Notes under the pieces: model-generated | Database searches by the model: none | Told to the model about the DNA's origin: nothing | Seen by the model: only the letters and a program-made list of their open reading frames with translations | Shown here: in pieces, positions 27,664 to 38,931 of the stretch | Layout: the number at the start of each line of letters is the position of its first letter | Position numbering within the stretch: position 1 is the first letter of the stretch | Position numbers and translations under genes: made by a program | Assembly: GCA_963725865.1 (NCBI GenBank) | Contig: CAVSAC010000014.1 | Span: 416,001-480,000, forward strand | Length of the DNA stretch: 64,000 nucleotides | DNA from: Candidatus Eiseniibacteriota bacterium | GTDB taxonomy: Bacteria; Eisenbacteria; RBG-16-71-46 | Direction of reading: 5' to 3'

Positions 27664-27990
27664 TCAGCCGCGCGGAGGCGCGCGCGGGTCGCCGCACACG
27701 CGCGTCGCGGAGACGGGCGCGAGCGCGGCGGGCGCGAACAGCGGGGACGGCGTGAACGGGGCCGGCGGAGTCGCGGTGATCGTGCTCGCCACCACGGCCG
27801 CGCCGTGGAGCGCGGCGCACGCCACGCACGGGTGCGCGGCCGGGCCGTGGCCCTCGCCACAATCGGGATCGGTGAGGTGATGCCACAGGTGCGCGGCGCC
27901 GCCGAGCACCAGCACCGCGATCAGCAGCAGCGCGGACGCGCGACGGGCGGGCCGGCGAGGAGGCGTGGGGTGGAGGGTCTCACGGTCCAT
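27664..27990 (-). CDS. DUF2946/CruR-like leader protein (TM, His-rich, CxxC, C-terminal RAPP)
   Basis: ALLLIAVLVLGGAAHLWHH...HGPAAHPCVAC, a 44-aa Pro/Ala spacer, then RAPPRG*; first gene of the metal-uptake operon. Confidence 0.8.
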   Translation of the reverse strand: MDRETLHPTPPRRPARRASALLLIAVLVLGGAAHLWHHLTDPDCGEGHGPAAHPCVACAALHGAAVVASTITATPPAPFTPSPLFAPAALAPVSATRVCGDPRAPPRG

Positions 27991-28135
27991 GGGAGGCGGG
28001 ATTCTTCCACGAAGCGACCGGGCGCGGCAAGACCCAAGCGGCACCCAAGCGGCACGGCCGCGACGATGTCCAGACGATGTGTGCCCGGTGGTGCTTCGCC
28101 CCCGATGGGTCGCCGGGTCGTCGGCCGCGCGTGGC

Positions 28136-28163
28136 TGAAGCCGCGTGCAAGCGCTGCCGATGA
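28136..28163 (+). promoter_or_regulatory. sigma28-like promoter candidate upstream of the hydrogenase operon
   Basis: TGAAG-N15-GCCGATGA. Confidence 0.4.
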
Positions 28164-28452
28164 CCCTCGGAGCGGACCCCCTCCCGTTTGTCGGTGCCCG
28201 ACGGGCGCTGATACGATGCGCTCACCCCCCACGGAGGGGACGTGTACCACCGTGGTTCCACACGCGCGGACGCCGCTCGTCGCGGTACTCCGCAGGACCT
28301 TCGCGCCGTCGCGATGTCGGCGCGCATCGGCTCCTTCGCATCCTCCCCGACCATCCATCCCATCCCGGCCTCGCATCGATCCGGCGCCGCTCCGTGTCCT
28401 GCCGGCGGCGGTTGCGCGCAGTTCGATCGTGCGATGGTCCCGGAGATCTCCC

Positions 28453-29580
28453 ATGTCCGCCCATGATGCGAGCCCCCGCTCGGTGATCGAGCGGGGTGAT
28501 CTCGACCGGCTCCTCTCGGCCCTGCGCGAGCGCGGCTACTCGGTCATCGGCCCGGTGCGGCGCGGCGACGCGATCGTCCTCGACACGATCGAGTCCGCCG
28601 CCGACCTGCCCGCGGGCTGGACCGACGAGCAGGAGGCCGGTCACTACCGATTGCGACGGCGCGACGACGACATGCTGTTCGGATACAACGTCGGCCCGTG
28701 GTCGTGGAAGCGCTTCCTGTTCCCGCCCGCCCTGCGTCTGTGGCAGGCGCGGCGCGTCGAGCGCGGTTTCGAGCTGGTGGAGGACGGCGCCCGCGCGCCG
28801 CGCTACGCATTCCTCGGCGTGCGCGCGTGCGAGATCGCGGCGCTCGCGATCCACGACCAGGTGCTCACCGGCGGTCCGTACGTCGATCCCGAGTACCGCG
28901 AGCGCCGCGCCCAGGCGTTCATCGTGGCGGTGCCGTGTGTTCAAGCGGGCGCGACGTGCTTCTGCGCCTCGATGGGCACCGGGCCCGCGGTTCGCGAGGG
29001 CTTCGACCTGGCGCTCGCCGAGGTGGTCGAAGGCGGCCGTCACATGTTCGTGGTCACGGTGGGCTCGGAGCGCGGCGCCGAGGTGATGGAGGACGTGCCC
29101 CACCGGCCGGCGGTCGAGGCCGACGTGGCCGCCGCCGCCCGCGCGGTGGAGGGCGCCGCCCGGATGGGTCGCACGCTCGACACCGAGGGGCTCGCGCCCC
29201 TGCTCGCCAAGCAGCACGAGCATCCGCGCTGGAACAAGGTCGCCGAGCGCTGCCTGACGTGCGGCAACTGCGCACTGTCGTGCCCGACCTGCTTCTGTCA
29301 CACGGTCGAGGACCTCGCGGACCTCGGCGGCGAGACCGCCGAGCGCGTGCGCCGCTGGGACTCGTGCTTCTCCCTGGAGTTCTCGTTCATCCACGGCGGC
29401 AGCGTGCGGCCCTCCGCGCGCTCGCGCTATCGCCAGTGGCTGACCCACAAGCTCTCGAGCTGGCACGACCAGTTCGGGTCGTCGGGTTGCGTCGGATGCG
29501 GTCGGTGCATCACCTGGTGCCCGGCCAAGATCGATATCACCGAAGAGGTCCGCGCGATCCGCGAAACGCAGCGCGCGTGA
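28453..29580 (+). CDS. hydB: Group 3b [NiFe]-hydrogenase beta (Fe-S) subunit
   Basis: GPWSWKRFL, GVRACE, CFCASM, CLTCGNCALSCPTCFC, CVGCGRCITWCP. Confidence 0.92.
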   Translation: MSAHDASPRSVIERGDLDRLLSALRERGYSVIGPVRRGDAIVLDTIESAADLPAGWTDEQEAGHYRLRRRDDDMLFGYNVGPWSWKRFLFPPALRLWQARRVERGFELVEDGARAPRYAFLGVRACEIAALAIHDQVLTGGPYVDPEYRERRAQAFIVAVPCVQAGATCFCASMGTGPAVREGFDLALAEVVEGGRHMFVVTVGSERGAEVMEDVPHRPAVEADVAAAARAVEGAARMGRTLDTEGLAPLLAKQHEHPRWNKVAERCLTCGNCALSCPTCFCHTVEDLADLGGETAERVRRWDSCFSLEFSFIHGGSVRPSARSRYRQWLTHKLSSWHDQFGSSGCVGCGRCITWCPAKIDITEEVRAIRETQRA

Positions 29581-29591
29581 GGAGGTCCGCC

Positions 29592-30065
29592 GTGCAGACA
29601 CTGGAACCGATTCTGACCGAGGCTCCGTTCTTCCAGGGCATGAAGCACGAACACCTGGCGCACCTCTCGGGCTGCGCATCGAACGTGCGTTACGAACCCG
29701 ACGAGTTCCCGGGGCGCGCCGGCGATCCGGCCGACCGCTTCTGGGTCGTCCGGCAGGGCCGCGTGGCGCTGGAGATCCACGCCCCCGGGCGCGGGGCGAT
29801 CACCATCGGCACCATGGGTGAAGGCGATGTCGTCGGCTTCTCCTGGCTGCTGCCGCCCTATCAGCTGCGTTTCGACATCCACGTGCTCTCCGCGACGCGC
29901 GCGATCATGTTCGACGGGCGCTGCCTGCGCGGAAAGTGCGCCACCGATGCGGAATTCGGATACGAGCTCCTCAGCCGCTTCTCGCGGCTGATGGCGGAGC
30001 GCCTGGAGTCCATGAGCCTGCAGCTCCTGGACGTCTATGGCGACCACTATGCCGACCATGACTGA
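29592..30065 (+). CDS. Cyclic nucleotide-binding (Crp-type sensor) domain protein
   Basis: GDPADRFWVVRQGRV, GDVVGFSWL; RBS GGAGG before GTG. Confidence 0.85.
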   Translation: MQTLEPILTEAPFFQGMKHEHLAHLSGCASNVRYEPDEFPGRAGDPADRFWVVRQGRVALEIHAPGRGAITIGTMGEGDVVGFSWLLPPYQLRFDIHVLSATRAIMFDGRCLRGKCATDAEFGYELLSRFSRLMAERLESMSLQLLDVYGDHYADHD

Positions 30066-30918
30066 ACCGATCGCCCCGGAGACACGTGCCACGGCCGCGC
30101 CGATGCGGCCCGCGCCGTGGCGCATCGTCCGGACCAGCACGGAGACCCGGGACACCTTCACGATCACGCTCGAGCCGGAGGATCCCAAGACGACGTACGC
30201 GTTCCGGCCCGGGCAGTTCAACATGCTCTACACGTTCGGGGTCGGCGAGGTGCCGATCTCGATGAGCGGCCCGCCCGGCGACGGCCGGCGCGTGATCCAC
30301 ACCCTGCGCGCCGTCGGCCCGGTGACGCAGACCTTCCACCGCCTCAGGCGCGGGGACGTCGTCGGCCTGCGCGGCCCGTACGGCACCCCGTGGCCGGTGG
30401 ACGGCGCGAAGGGCCACGACATCGTGCTGGTCGCCGGCGGCATCGGGCTCGCCCCGCTGCGCCCGGCGATCTACCACGTGCTCGCCCACCGCGCGCAGTA
30501 CGGGCGCGTGGTGCTGCTGTTCGGCGCGCGGACGCCCGACGACATCCTGTTCGCGCGCGAGCTCGAGAACTGGCGCGGGCGCTTCGACATCGATGTCGGC
30601 ATCACGGTGGACCGCGCGCAGCCCGGCTGGCACGGGCACGTCGGGGTCGTCACCACGCTCCTGCCGCGCGCCCCGCTCGATCCCGCCAACACGGCCGCGT
30701 TCGTGTGCGGCCCCGAGATCATGATGCTGTTCGCGGCGCGCGACCTCGAGAATCGCGGCGTGCCGAACGCGCGCATCTGGCTGTCGATGGAGCGCAACAT
30801 GAAGTGCGCGGTCGCGCTCTGCGGTCACTGCCAGTTCGGTCCCACCTTCATCTGCAAGGACGGCCCGGTGTTCCGGTACGACGCGCTGGCGCCGCTCCTC
30901 GCCGTGCGGGAGCTCTGA
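30058..30918 (+). CDS. hydG: Group 3b hydrogenase gamma subunit (FAD/NAD(P)-binding, 2Fe-2S)
   Basis: [44 protein letters not shown]...CKDGPVF. Confidence 0.92.
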   Translation: MTEPIAPETRATAAPMRPAPWRIVRTSTETRDTFTITLEPEDPKTTYAFRPGQFNMLYTFGVGEVPISMSGPPGDGRRVIHTLRAVGPVTQTFHRLRRGDVVGLRGPYGTPWPVDGAKGHDIVLVAGGIGLAPLRPAIYHVLAHRAQYGRVVLLFGARTPDDILFARELENWRGRFDIDVGITVDRAQPGWHGHVGVVTTLLPRAPLDPANTAAFVCGPEIMMLFAARDLENRGVPNARIWLSMERNMKCAVALCGHCQFGPTFICKDGPVFRYDALAPLLAVREL

Positions 30919-30920
30919 TC

Positions 30921-31718
30921 ATGGCCGCGACGACCCGCAAACCCCGCCTGGCGGTCTGGAAGTTCGCCTCGTGCGACGGCTGTCAGCTCTCGATCCTCGA
31001 TTGCGAGGACGAGCTGATGACGCTCGCCGGAGCGGTCCACATCGCCAACTTCGCCGAGGCGTCCCGCGCCATGGAGAAGGGCCCGTACGACCTGTCGCTG
31101 GTCGAGGGCTCGATCACCACGCCCCACGACGCTGAGCGCATCCACGCCGTCCGCCGCGCCTCCAAGGTGCTGGTCACCATCGGCGCCTGCGCCACCACGG
31201 GCGGCATCCAGGCGCTCCGGAACTTCGCCGACGTGAAGGAGTGGATCCCGATCGTCTACGCCCGCCCGGAGCACATCGAGACGCTCCGCAACTCCACCCC
31301 CATCGCGAACCACGTGCTCGTGGACTACGAGCTGCAGGGCTGCCCGGTGAACAAGCACCAGCTGCTGGAAGTGGTGCGTGCGTTCCTCGCCGGGCGGCGG
31401 CCGGTGCTTCCCGCATACAGCGTCTGCACGGAGTGCAAGCGCCGCGGTACCCCGTGCGTCGTCGTGAACTCGGGCCTGCCGTGCATGGGCCCGGTGACGC
31501 GCACGGGCTGCGGTGCGCTGTGCCCGTCCTACGCCCGCGGGTGCTACGGCTGCTTCGGCCCGGTGCGCGGCGCCAATACCGCCGCGCTCGGCGACGTCCT
31601 CCACGGCCTCGGCCTCGACGATCCGGCAGTCGTCCGCGCGTTCCGCGGATTCAACGCCGGCTCCGAGGCGTTCCGCAAAGCGAGTGAATTCCATGAGCAG
31701 CGCCACCACGGCCAGTAA
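30921..31718 (+). CDS. hydD: Group 3b hydrogenase small (delta) subunit
   Basis: [45 protein letters not shown]. Confidence 0.92.
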   Translation: MAATTRKPRLAVWKFASCDGCQLSILDCEDELMTLAGAVHIANFAEASRAMEKGPYDLSLVEGSITTPHDAERIHAVRRASKVLVTIGACATTGGIQALRNFADVKEWIPIVYARPEHIETLRNSTPIANHVLVDYELQGCPVNKHQLLEVVRAFLAGRRPVLPAYSVCTECKRRGTPCVVVNSGLPCMGPVTRTGCGALCPSYARGCYGCFGPVRGANTAALGDVLHGLGLDDPAVVRAFRGFNAGSEAFRKASEFHEQRHHGQ

Positions 31719-33006
31719 GCGCAATCGTTCCGTCGAGGTCGACGTGCTCGCCCGGGTCGAGGGCGAGGGCGGCATCGACGTCCGGATCCACAAGGGCGAA
31801 GTGACCGAGGTGAAGTTCCGCATCTACGAGCCGCCGCGCTTCTTCGAGGCGTTCCTGCGCGGGCGCTCGTACACCGAGGTCCCGGACATCACCGCGCGCA
31901 TCTGCGGGATCTGTCCGGTCGCCTACCAGATGAGCGCGGTGCACGCCATCGAGCGCGCGTTCGGGGTCCAGGTCACGGGACCGCTGCGCGCGCTGCGGCG
32001 GTTGCTGTACTGCGGCGAGTGGATCGAGAGCCACGCGCTCCACATCTACCTGCTCCACGCTCCGGACTTCCTCGGGTACGAGAGCGGGATCCACATGGCG
32101 AAGGACCACGGCGACGCCGTGACCCGCGGCCTGCGGCTCAAGAAGACCGGCAACGCCCTCGTGACCGTGATCGGCGGCCGCGAGATCCATCCGCTCAACG
32201 TGCGGGTGGGCGGCTTCTACCGCGCGCCCTCGAAGCGGGAGCTGCGCGGGCTGCTCGACGAGCTGCGCTGGTCCCGCGAGGCGGCGATCGAGACGGTGCG
32301 GCTGGTGGCCGGCTTCACGTTCCCCGATTTCCAGCGGGACTACGCGTTCGTGGCGCTCCGGCATCCGGACGAGTACCCGTTCAACGAGGGACGCGTGGTC
32401 TCCAGCCTGGGACTCGACATCGACGTCAGCGACTACGAACGCCACTTCACCGAGGAGCATGTCCAGCGCTCGAACGCGCTCCATTCGACCATGCGCGAGC
32501 ACGGTCCGTATCACGTGGGCCCGCTCGCGCGCTACAGCCTCAACTTCGACCGGCTCTCGCCGATCGCCCAGGCGTGCGCGCGGGACGCGGGACTGGGGAC
32601 GGAGTGTCGCAATCCGTTCCAGAGCATCGTCGTTCGCGCGGTCGAGACGGTGCAGGTCGTGGACGAGGCGGTGCGCACGATCGAGGCGTACGAGGAGCCC
32701 GACTCCCCGTCCGTGCAGGTGGAGCCGAAGGAGGGCGTGGGATGGGGCGCGAGCGAGGCGCCGCGGGGGATGCTCTACCACCGCTACCGTCTCGACGCGG
32801 CCGGGCTGGTGCGGGAGGCCAAGATCGTGCCGCCGACCTCGCAGAACCTGCGCACCATCGAAGCGGACCTCATGCGCTACGTCGCCAGTCATCTGGAACT
32901 CGACGACGCGGCGCTCACCTGGGGATGCGAGCAGACGGTGCGCAACTACGACCCCTGCATCTCGTGCGCGACCCATTTCCTGCGCGTGCACATCGTGCGG
33001 GAGTGA
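31693..33006 (+). CDS. hydA: Group 3b [NiFe]-hydrogenase large (alpha) subunit
   Basis: RVEGEG, L1 [16 protein letters not shown]2 [10 protein letters not shown] plus a short cleavable tail. Confidence 0.95.
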   Translation: MSSATTASKRNRSVEVDVLARVEGEGGIDVRIHKGEVTEVKFRIYEPPRFFEAFLRGRSYTEVPDITARICGICPVAYQMSAVHAIERAFGVQVTGPLRALRRLLYCGEWIESHALHIYLLHAPDFLGYESGIHMAKDHGDAVTRGLRLKKTGNALVTVIGGREIHPLNVRVGGFYRAPSKRELRGLLDELRWSREAAIETVRLVAGFTFPDFQRDYAFVALRHPDEYPFNEGRVVSSLGLDIDVSDYERHFTEEHVQRSNALHSTMREHGPYHVGPLARYSLNFDRLSPIAQACARDAGLGTECRNPFQSIVVRAVETVQVVDEAVRTIEAYEEPDSPSVQVEPKEGVGWGASEAPRGMLYHRYRLDAAGLVREAKIVPPTSQNLRTIEADLMRYVASHLELDDAALTWGCEQTVRNYDPCISCATHFLRVHIVRE

Positions 33007-33019
33007 CACGGAGGCCCCG

Positions 33020-33478
33020 ATGCTGCGGGTGATCGGCGTCGGCAACGAGTTGCGCGGCGACGACGCGGCCGGGCCCCGGGTGATCGCGCACCTGCGGGCC
33101 CGCGCCGTGCCGGGACTCGCGGCCGTGCAGTGTCCGGCCGAGCCCGCGGCGCTGATGGAGGCGTGGCGGGAGGCCGACCACGTCGTCGTGGTGGACGCGA
33201 TGCAGAGCGGGCGGCCGCCGGGCGCGGTCACGCGGTTCGACGCCACGCACACGCCGCTGCCGGTGTCCGGCTTCCGCTCCTCGACCCACGGCCTCGGCAT
33301 CGCGGACGCGGTCGAGCTGGGACGCGCGCTCGGCCGCCTGCCCGCGCTGCTGGAGGTGATCGGCATCGAGGGCGCGGGCTGGGAACAGGGCGCGCCGCTG
33401 GACCCCGCCGTGGCGCGGGCGGTGAAGCAGGTGGTGGAGGCGCTCGTCCGCGACGCGGCCGGCGGCGGCGCGGGCTGA
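33020..33478 (+). CDS. Hydrogenase maturation protease
   Basis: IGVGNELRGDDAAG, VVDA, STHG. Confidence 0.92.
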   Translation: MLRVIGVGNELRGDDAAGPRVIAHLRARAVPGLAAVQCPAEPAALMEAWREADHVVVVDAMQSGRPPGAVTRFDATHTPLPVSGFRSSTHGLGIADAVELGRALGRLPALLEVIGIEGAGWEQGAPLDPAVARAVKQVVEALVRDAAGGGAG

Positions 33479-33557
33479 GTCCGCCCGGACGCCGGACGCG
33501 CCAGAGGCCCGCGACCGCGTGGTCGCGGGCCTCGCGCGTGGTGCGGGAGGCGGCCGC

Positions 33558-35018
33558 CTACACGTTCGCGCTCTCGTACTTGCGGATCCACAGCGAGTAG
33601 AGCCAGATCCCGACCGCCGAGGCGAACCCGATCGCCACGAACGGGTACCACACTCGGTACGGATGGTAAGTGGTCCAGAGCAGTTGCGTGGCCGCGTTGG
33701 GGTCGAGGTTCAGCACGCGCTCGAGCGACTCGACCGCGTTGGTGCGGTCCACGCCCGCCGGCACGCCGCCCGCCTTCTGCTCCAGGTAGCGCAGCGCCAG
33801 CCCCGCCTTCTCGCCGAGGCGCTCGTAGAAGTAGGCGCCCATCGCCGATGCCGCGACCCATCCGATCGCGAACGGCATGTTGGCGTAGCCCATGTAGAGC
33901 GCCTTCTTGCCCTCGGGAGCGATGACGCCGAGGTACTCGTTCATCTTGGGGCTCGACAGCATCTCGCCGAGCGCGAAGATCGCGATCCCGAGCAGGCACA
34001 TCCAGCCCGACTGGCTGAAGCCCGCCACGAACAGCCCCGCGGATGCGATGAGGATGCCGATGAAGATCGACTGCACCCGCTTCATGCGCGACGCGAGCGA
34101 CGACACCCACACCACCAGCAGCACGATCAGCCCGGCGTCGAGGTTGATCATCCACTCCTGCGACACCATCGGCCCGCGCGGCGTGGGACTGGTGAACACC
34201 GAGGAGAGGTGGAGCGCCTGCACCACCGAGCGCGAGTCCACCCAGTCGACGATGAAGTTCGGCAGCAGGTCGTAGAGCTGCATGAACATCAGCCAGAAGC
34301 ACGACATGATGAGGATGAAGCTCAGCAGCTGGGGGCGGAACAGGTTCACCGCCGTGGTCTTGAGCACCTGCATGACGCCGCCGGTCTGCGTGCCGCCCGC
34401 CGAGACCCCCGGGTACGTGAACAGCATCAGGTAGTTCAGCGACAGGATGGCCGCCGAGCCGGTGAAGACCATCGGCCACGACAAGCCGCGCAGGAAGTGC
34501 GCGAGCGGCGGCCCCAGGAATCCGCCCACGTTCACGACCATGTAGAACATGCCCCACCCGACCGAGGAGTTCTTCTCGGTCAGGCTGCGCACCATGGTGC
34601 CCTGCAAGCCGGGCTTGAAGATCGCGGTGCCGAGTCCGACGGTGCAGCAGCCCAGCATGAACGGCAGGTACGCGCGCTGCGTCGCCATCAGCACGTAACC
34701 GAGGATGGTGATGGTGGTGGCGATGGCGATGGTCTTCTTGTAGCCGAAGCGGTCGGCGAAGCCGCCCGAGACGATCGGCACGCCGGCCTGCACCGCCGCC
34801 CACCAGGCGTAGATCACGCCCTTCTGCGCCATGGTGAAGTGCAGCCCGCCTGGCTCGTCGGCCTGCGCGATGTAGATCGGGACGACCACGCGCACGCCGT
34901 AGTAGGCGAGGCGCTCGAACATCTCCATGATGTTCGCCATCCAGAACGGACGCTTCAGCAGCGCGAGCTGGGCGAGTGCGCCGTGCGGCGTTGCGGCGGT
35001 ATCGGACGCGTTCGACAA
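33558..35018 (-). CDS. MFS transporter (POT/peptide-like)
   Basis: EMFERLAYYG (ExxER), GGFADRFGYKK, FYMVVNVGG, GEMLSSP; TTG start with GGAGG RBS. Confidence 0.88.
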   Translation of the reverse strand: MSNASDTAATPHGALAQLALLKRPFWMANIMEMFERLAYYGVRVVVPIYIAQADEPGGLHFTMAQKGVIYAWWAAVQAGVPIVSGGFADRFGYKKTIAIATTITILGYVLMATQRAYLPFMLGCCTVGLGTAIFKPGLQGTMVRSLTEKNSSVGWGMFYMVVNVGGFLGPPLAHFLRGLSWPMVFTGSAAILSLNYLMLFTYPGVSAGGTQTGGVMQVLKTTAVNLFRPQLLSFILIMSCFWLMFMQLYDLLPNFIVDWVDSRSVVQALHLSSVFTSPTPRGPMVSQEWMINLDAGLIVLLVVWVSSLASRMKRVQSIFIGILIASAGLFVAGFSQSGWMCLLGIAIFALGEMLSSPKMNEYLGVIAPEGKKALYMGYANMPFAIGWVAASAMGAYFYERLGEKAGLALRYLEQKAGGVPAGVDRTNAVESLERVLNLDPNAATQLLWTTYHPYRVWYPFVAIGFASAVGIWLYSLWIRKYESANV

Positions 35019-35189
35019 GGTGGCTCCTCCGGGTCGGGACCGCGCCGGGGCGCGGCGGCCGTGGGCGTGGCCGGGAGTGGCGCGACCACGCGAAGCGCGC
35101 CGCGGTCACGGCGCGCGCGGAGCATGCCCCGGCGGCGCCGGCGCGTCCATCCGGATCCCGACCGGCGCGGGAGTCCGCCGGACGCACGG

Positions 35190-35212
35190 CGGGCGGCCCG
35201 TGGGGCCGCCCG
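35190..35212. terminator. GC hairpin downstream of the cyclophilin gene
   Basis: cgggcggccc-gtg-gggccgcccg. Confidence 0.4.
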
Positions 35213-35242
35213 TTTCGGATCCCTTCGCGTGCGACGCCGGCG

Positions 35243-35962
35243 TCACTGCGCCTGGATCGTCACCTTGTTGATGAGCAACGGTTCGGTCGGATGCCCGCTC
35301 GGAGTGCCCTGGGCCTCGAGCGCGGCCAGCACGTCCATGCCCCCCGACACCTCGCCGAAGATCGTGTGCTTGCCGTCGAGCCACGGCGTCGGCACGAACG
35401 TGAGGAAGAACTGGCTCCCGTCGGTCCCTTCGCCCGCATTGGCCATCGAGAGCAGCCCCGGCCGGTCGTGCTTCACGCCGGCCTTGAACTCCCCGCCGAA
35501 CTGGTAGCCCGGGCCACCCGTGCCGGTGCCCAGCGGACAGCCGCCCTGCGCCATGAACTTGCTGATCACGCGATGGAAGGCGAGCCCGTCGTAGAAGCCG
35601 AGCTTGGCGAGATAGATGAACGACGTGACGTGCATCGGCGCCACGTCGGGCATCAGCTTGATGAGCAGGTCGCCCTTGCTGGTGCTCATCACGGCGTAGT
35701 AGCTGTGCGCGGGCTCGAACGTCGCCACCGTGGGCTTGGACAGGTGGGTGCGCCAGTCCGGCTTCGACTTGTCCACCTTGGCGGCGGTGATCATGTCCTG
35801 GATCTGCTGCATCGCGAGTTCCTTGGGCTTGACGAGTGGGGTGGCGGGCGTCCCCTGCAGCACGCTGGGCGCCGGGGACGCCGGGGTCGGCGTCCGTGTC
35901 GGCGTCGGAGCACCCGGGGCGACGACTGCCAGCACGAGCAGAAGGGAGAGCCAGGGGGTCAT
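35243..35962 (-). CDS. Secreted cyclophilin-type peptidyl-prolyl isomerase
   Basis: GFYDGLAFHRVI, FMAQGG, LSMANAG, GSQFF, WLDGKHTIFG; signal peptide. Confidence 0.93.
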   Translation of the reverse strand: MTPWLSLLLVLAVVAPGAPTPTRTPTPASPAPSVLQGTPATPLVKPKELAMQQIQDMITAAKVDKSKPDWRTHLSKPTVATFEPAHSYYAVMSTSKGDLLIKLMPDVAPMHVTSFIYLAKLGFYDGLAFHRVISKFMAQGGCPLGTGTGGPGYQFGGEFKAGVKHDRPGLLSMANAGEGTDGSQFFLTFVPTPWLDGKHTIFGEVSGGMDVLAALEAQGTPSGHPTEPLLINKVTIQAQ

Positions 35963-36112
35963 GTCGCGTTCCTCGGTCGGCCGATGGTGAGGCGCGGGGA
36001 GCGGAGCAGCGCGCGGTGGCCGATGTACAGGCACGCGCGTGGCGGAGTACGGTACACGAGTGGCGGCATGCGGCCAACCCCCCTGGCCCCGCCGCATGAG
36101 CCAGGAGCCCGG

Positions 36113-37336
36113 ATGCTCGAAGCACACACCCAGGACGTGGTGGTGGTGGGCGGTGGGATCGTCGGCCTGGCCACCGCGCGCGCGCTCCTGCACGGCACCG
36201 GCGCCACCGTCGCGCTGCTCGAGGCCGAGAACACGCTGGCCGCCCACCAGACCGGCCACAACAGCGGGGTGCTGCACTCCGGGCTCTACTACCGGCCGGG
36301 ATCCCTCAAGGCGCGCCTGTGCGGCGCCGGCCGCGAGGCGCTGCTGCGCTTCTGCGCCGAGCACGGGGTGGCGCACGAGCGCTGCGGCAAGGTGGTGGTG
36401 GCGACGCGCCCCGAGGAGCTGCCGCGGCTCGAGGAACTGGAGCGCCGCGGCCGCGCCAACGGCCTCGCGGGCGTGGCGCGGATCGGGCCGGAGGAGCTGC
36501 GCGAGCGCGAGCCGCACGCCGCGGGCCTCGCGGCGCTGCGAGTGCCCGAGACCGGCATCGTGGACTTCCGCGGCGCCTGCGAGGCGCTCGCCGCCGAGCT
36601 GCGCCGCGCCGGCGGCGCGGTGCACACCGGGGCGCGCGTCGAGCGCGTCACGCCGACCCCCGAGGGATTCACGATCGTGACCGGGCGCGGCGGACTCACC
36701 GCGCGCCATCTGGTGACCTGCGCGGGGCTCCAGGCGGACCGTCTGGCGCGCGCGTGCGGCGTCGATCCGGGGGTCGCGATCGTGCCGTTCCGAGGCGAGT
36801 ACCACGTGCTGAAGCCGGAGCGCGCCGCGCTGGTGCGCCACCTCATCTACCCGGTGCCCGATCCCCGCTTCCCGTTCCTCGGCGTGCACTTCACGCGCAT
36901 GGTGCACGGGGGCGTCGAGGCCGGTCCGAACGCGGTGCTCGCGTTCGCGCGTCACGGCTACCGGCGCCGCGACGTGTCCCCGCGCGACCTCGCCGAGATG
37001 CTCCGGTGGAGCGGCTTCTGGCGCCTCGCGAGCCGCCATCTCGCGATGGGATTCGAGGAGTCGTGGCGCTCGCACGTGAAGCGCGCGTTCGTGGCGGCGC
37101 TGCGGCGCCTGGTGCCCGACCTGCGCGAGTCCGACGTGATGCCGGGGGGCGCCGGCGTGCGCGCGATGGCGGTCGGGCCCGACGGCGCGATGCTCGACGA
37201 CTTCCACGTCGTCGAGGCCCCGCGCGCCATTCACGTGCTCAACGCCCCGTCGCCCGCCGCCACCGCCGCGCTCGCCATCGGCGAGCATCTCGCGGGGCGG
37301 GCGATCGAGCGTTTCGCGCTGCGCGCGCGCGGCTGA
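36113..37336 (+). CDS. lhgO: L-2-hydroxyglutarate oxidase
   Basis: GGGIVG, HQTGHNSGVLHSGLYY.PGSLKA, YPVPDPRFPFLGVHFT, NAPSPAATA. Confidence 0.93.
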   Translation: MLEAHTQDVVVVGGGIVGLATARALLHGTGATVALLEAENTLAAHQTGHNSGVLHSGLYYRPGSLKARLCGAGREALLRFCAEHGVAHERCGKVVVATRPEELPRLEELERRGRANGLAGVARIGPEELREREPHAAGLAALRVPETGIVDFRGACEALAAELRRAGGAVHTGARVERVTPTPEGFTIVTGRGGLTARHLVTCAGLQADRLARACGVDPGVAIVPFRGEYHVLKPERAALVRHLIYPVPDPRFPFLGVHFTRMVHGGVEAGPNAVLAFARHGYRRRDVSPRDLAEMLRWSGFWRLASRHLAMGFEESWRSHVKRAFVAALRRLVPDLRESDVMPGGAGVRAMAVGPDGAMLDDFHVVEAPRAIHVLNAPSPAATAALAIGEHLAGRAIERFALRARG

Positions 37337-37571
37337 GCGGCGCGCGGCCGCCTCCACAAGGACTCGTCAAGTCTCGTGACAAGGCGGCGTCAAAAGGGCA
37401 GCCTATGGCCTGGATTCCGTAGTGTGATGCTTCGATCGGGTCGAGGCTGGTGGCGGAAGCCGAAGCACCCGATCGCTCACGACACTTCTCTCCACCGCTC
37501 CAGGCCGCTCGTGCCGCCGGTCCCTCGACGATGCGCCGAGATCGACCCGGAGCGTCGATGAGGATTCCGTC

Positions 37572-38867
<1,296 letters not shown>

Positions 38868-38931
38868 GCCTCGGGCGCGCCGGAGCGGGTGCCACCCCTG
38901 GTCGGCACCCGCCCGGCGCAGCTCCGCTCCC

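Noticed and set aside
28242..28466. 74-aa GTG ORF with GGAGG upstream of hydB
   Set aside because: No recognisable motif and atypical composition; not supportable as a CDS.
37365..37440. TGAC-N8-GTCA and TGTGA motifs upstream of gdhA as an operator
   Set aside because: Too short and imperfect to separate from chance without comparative data.
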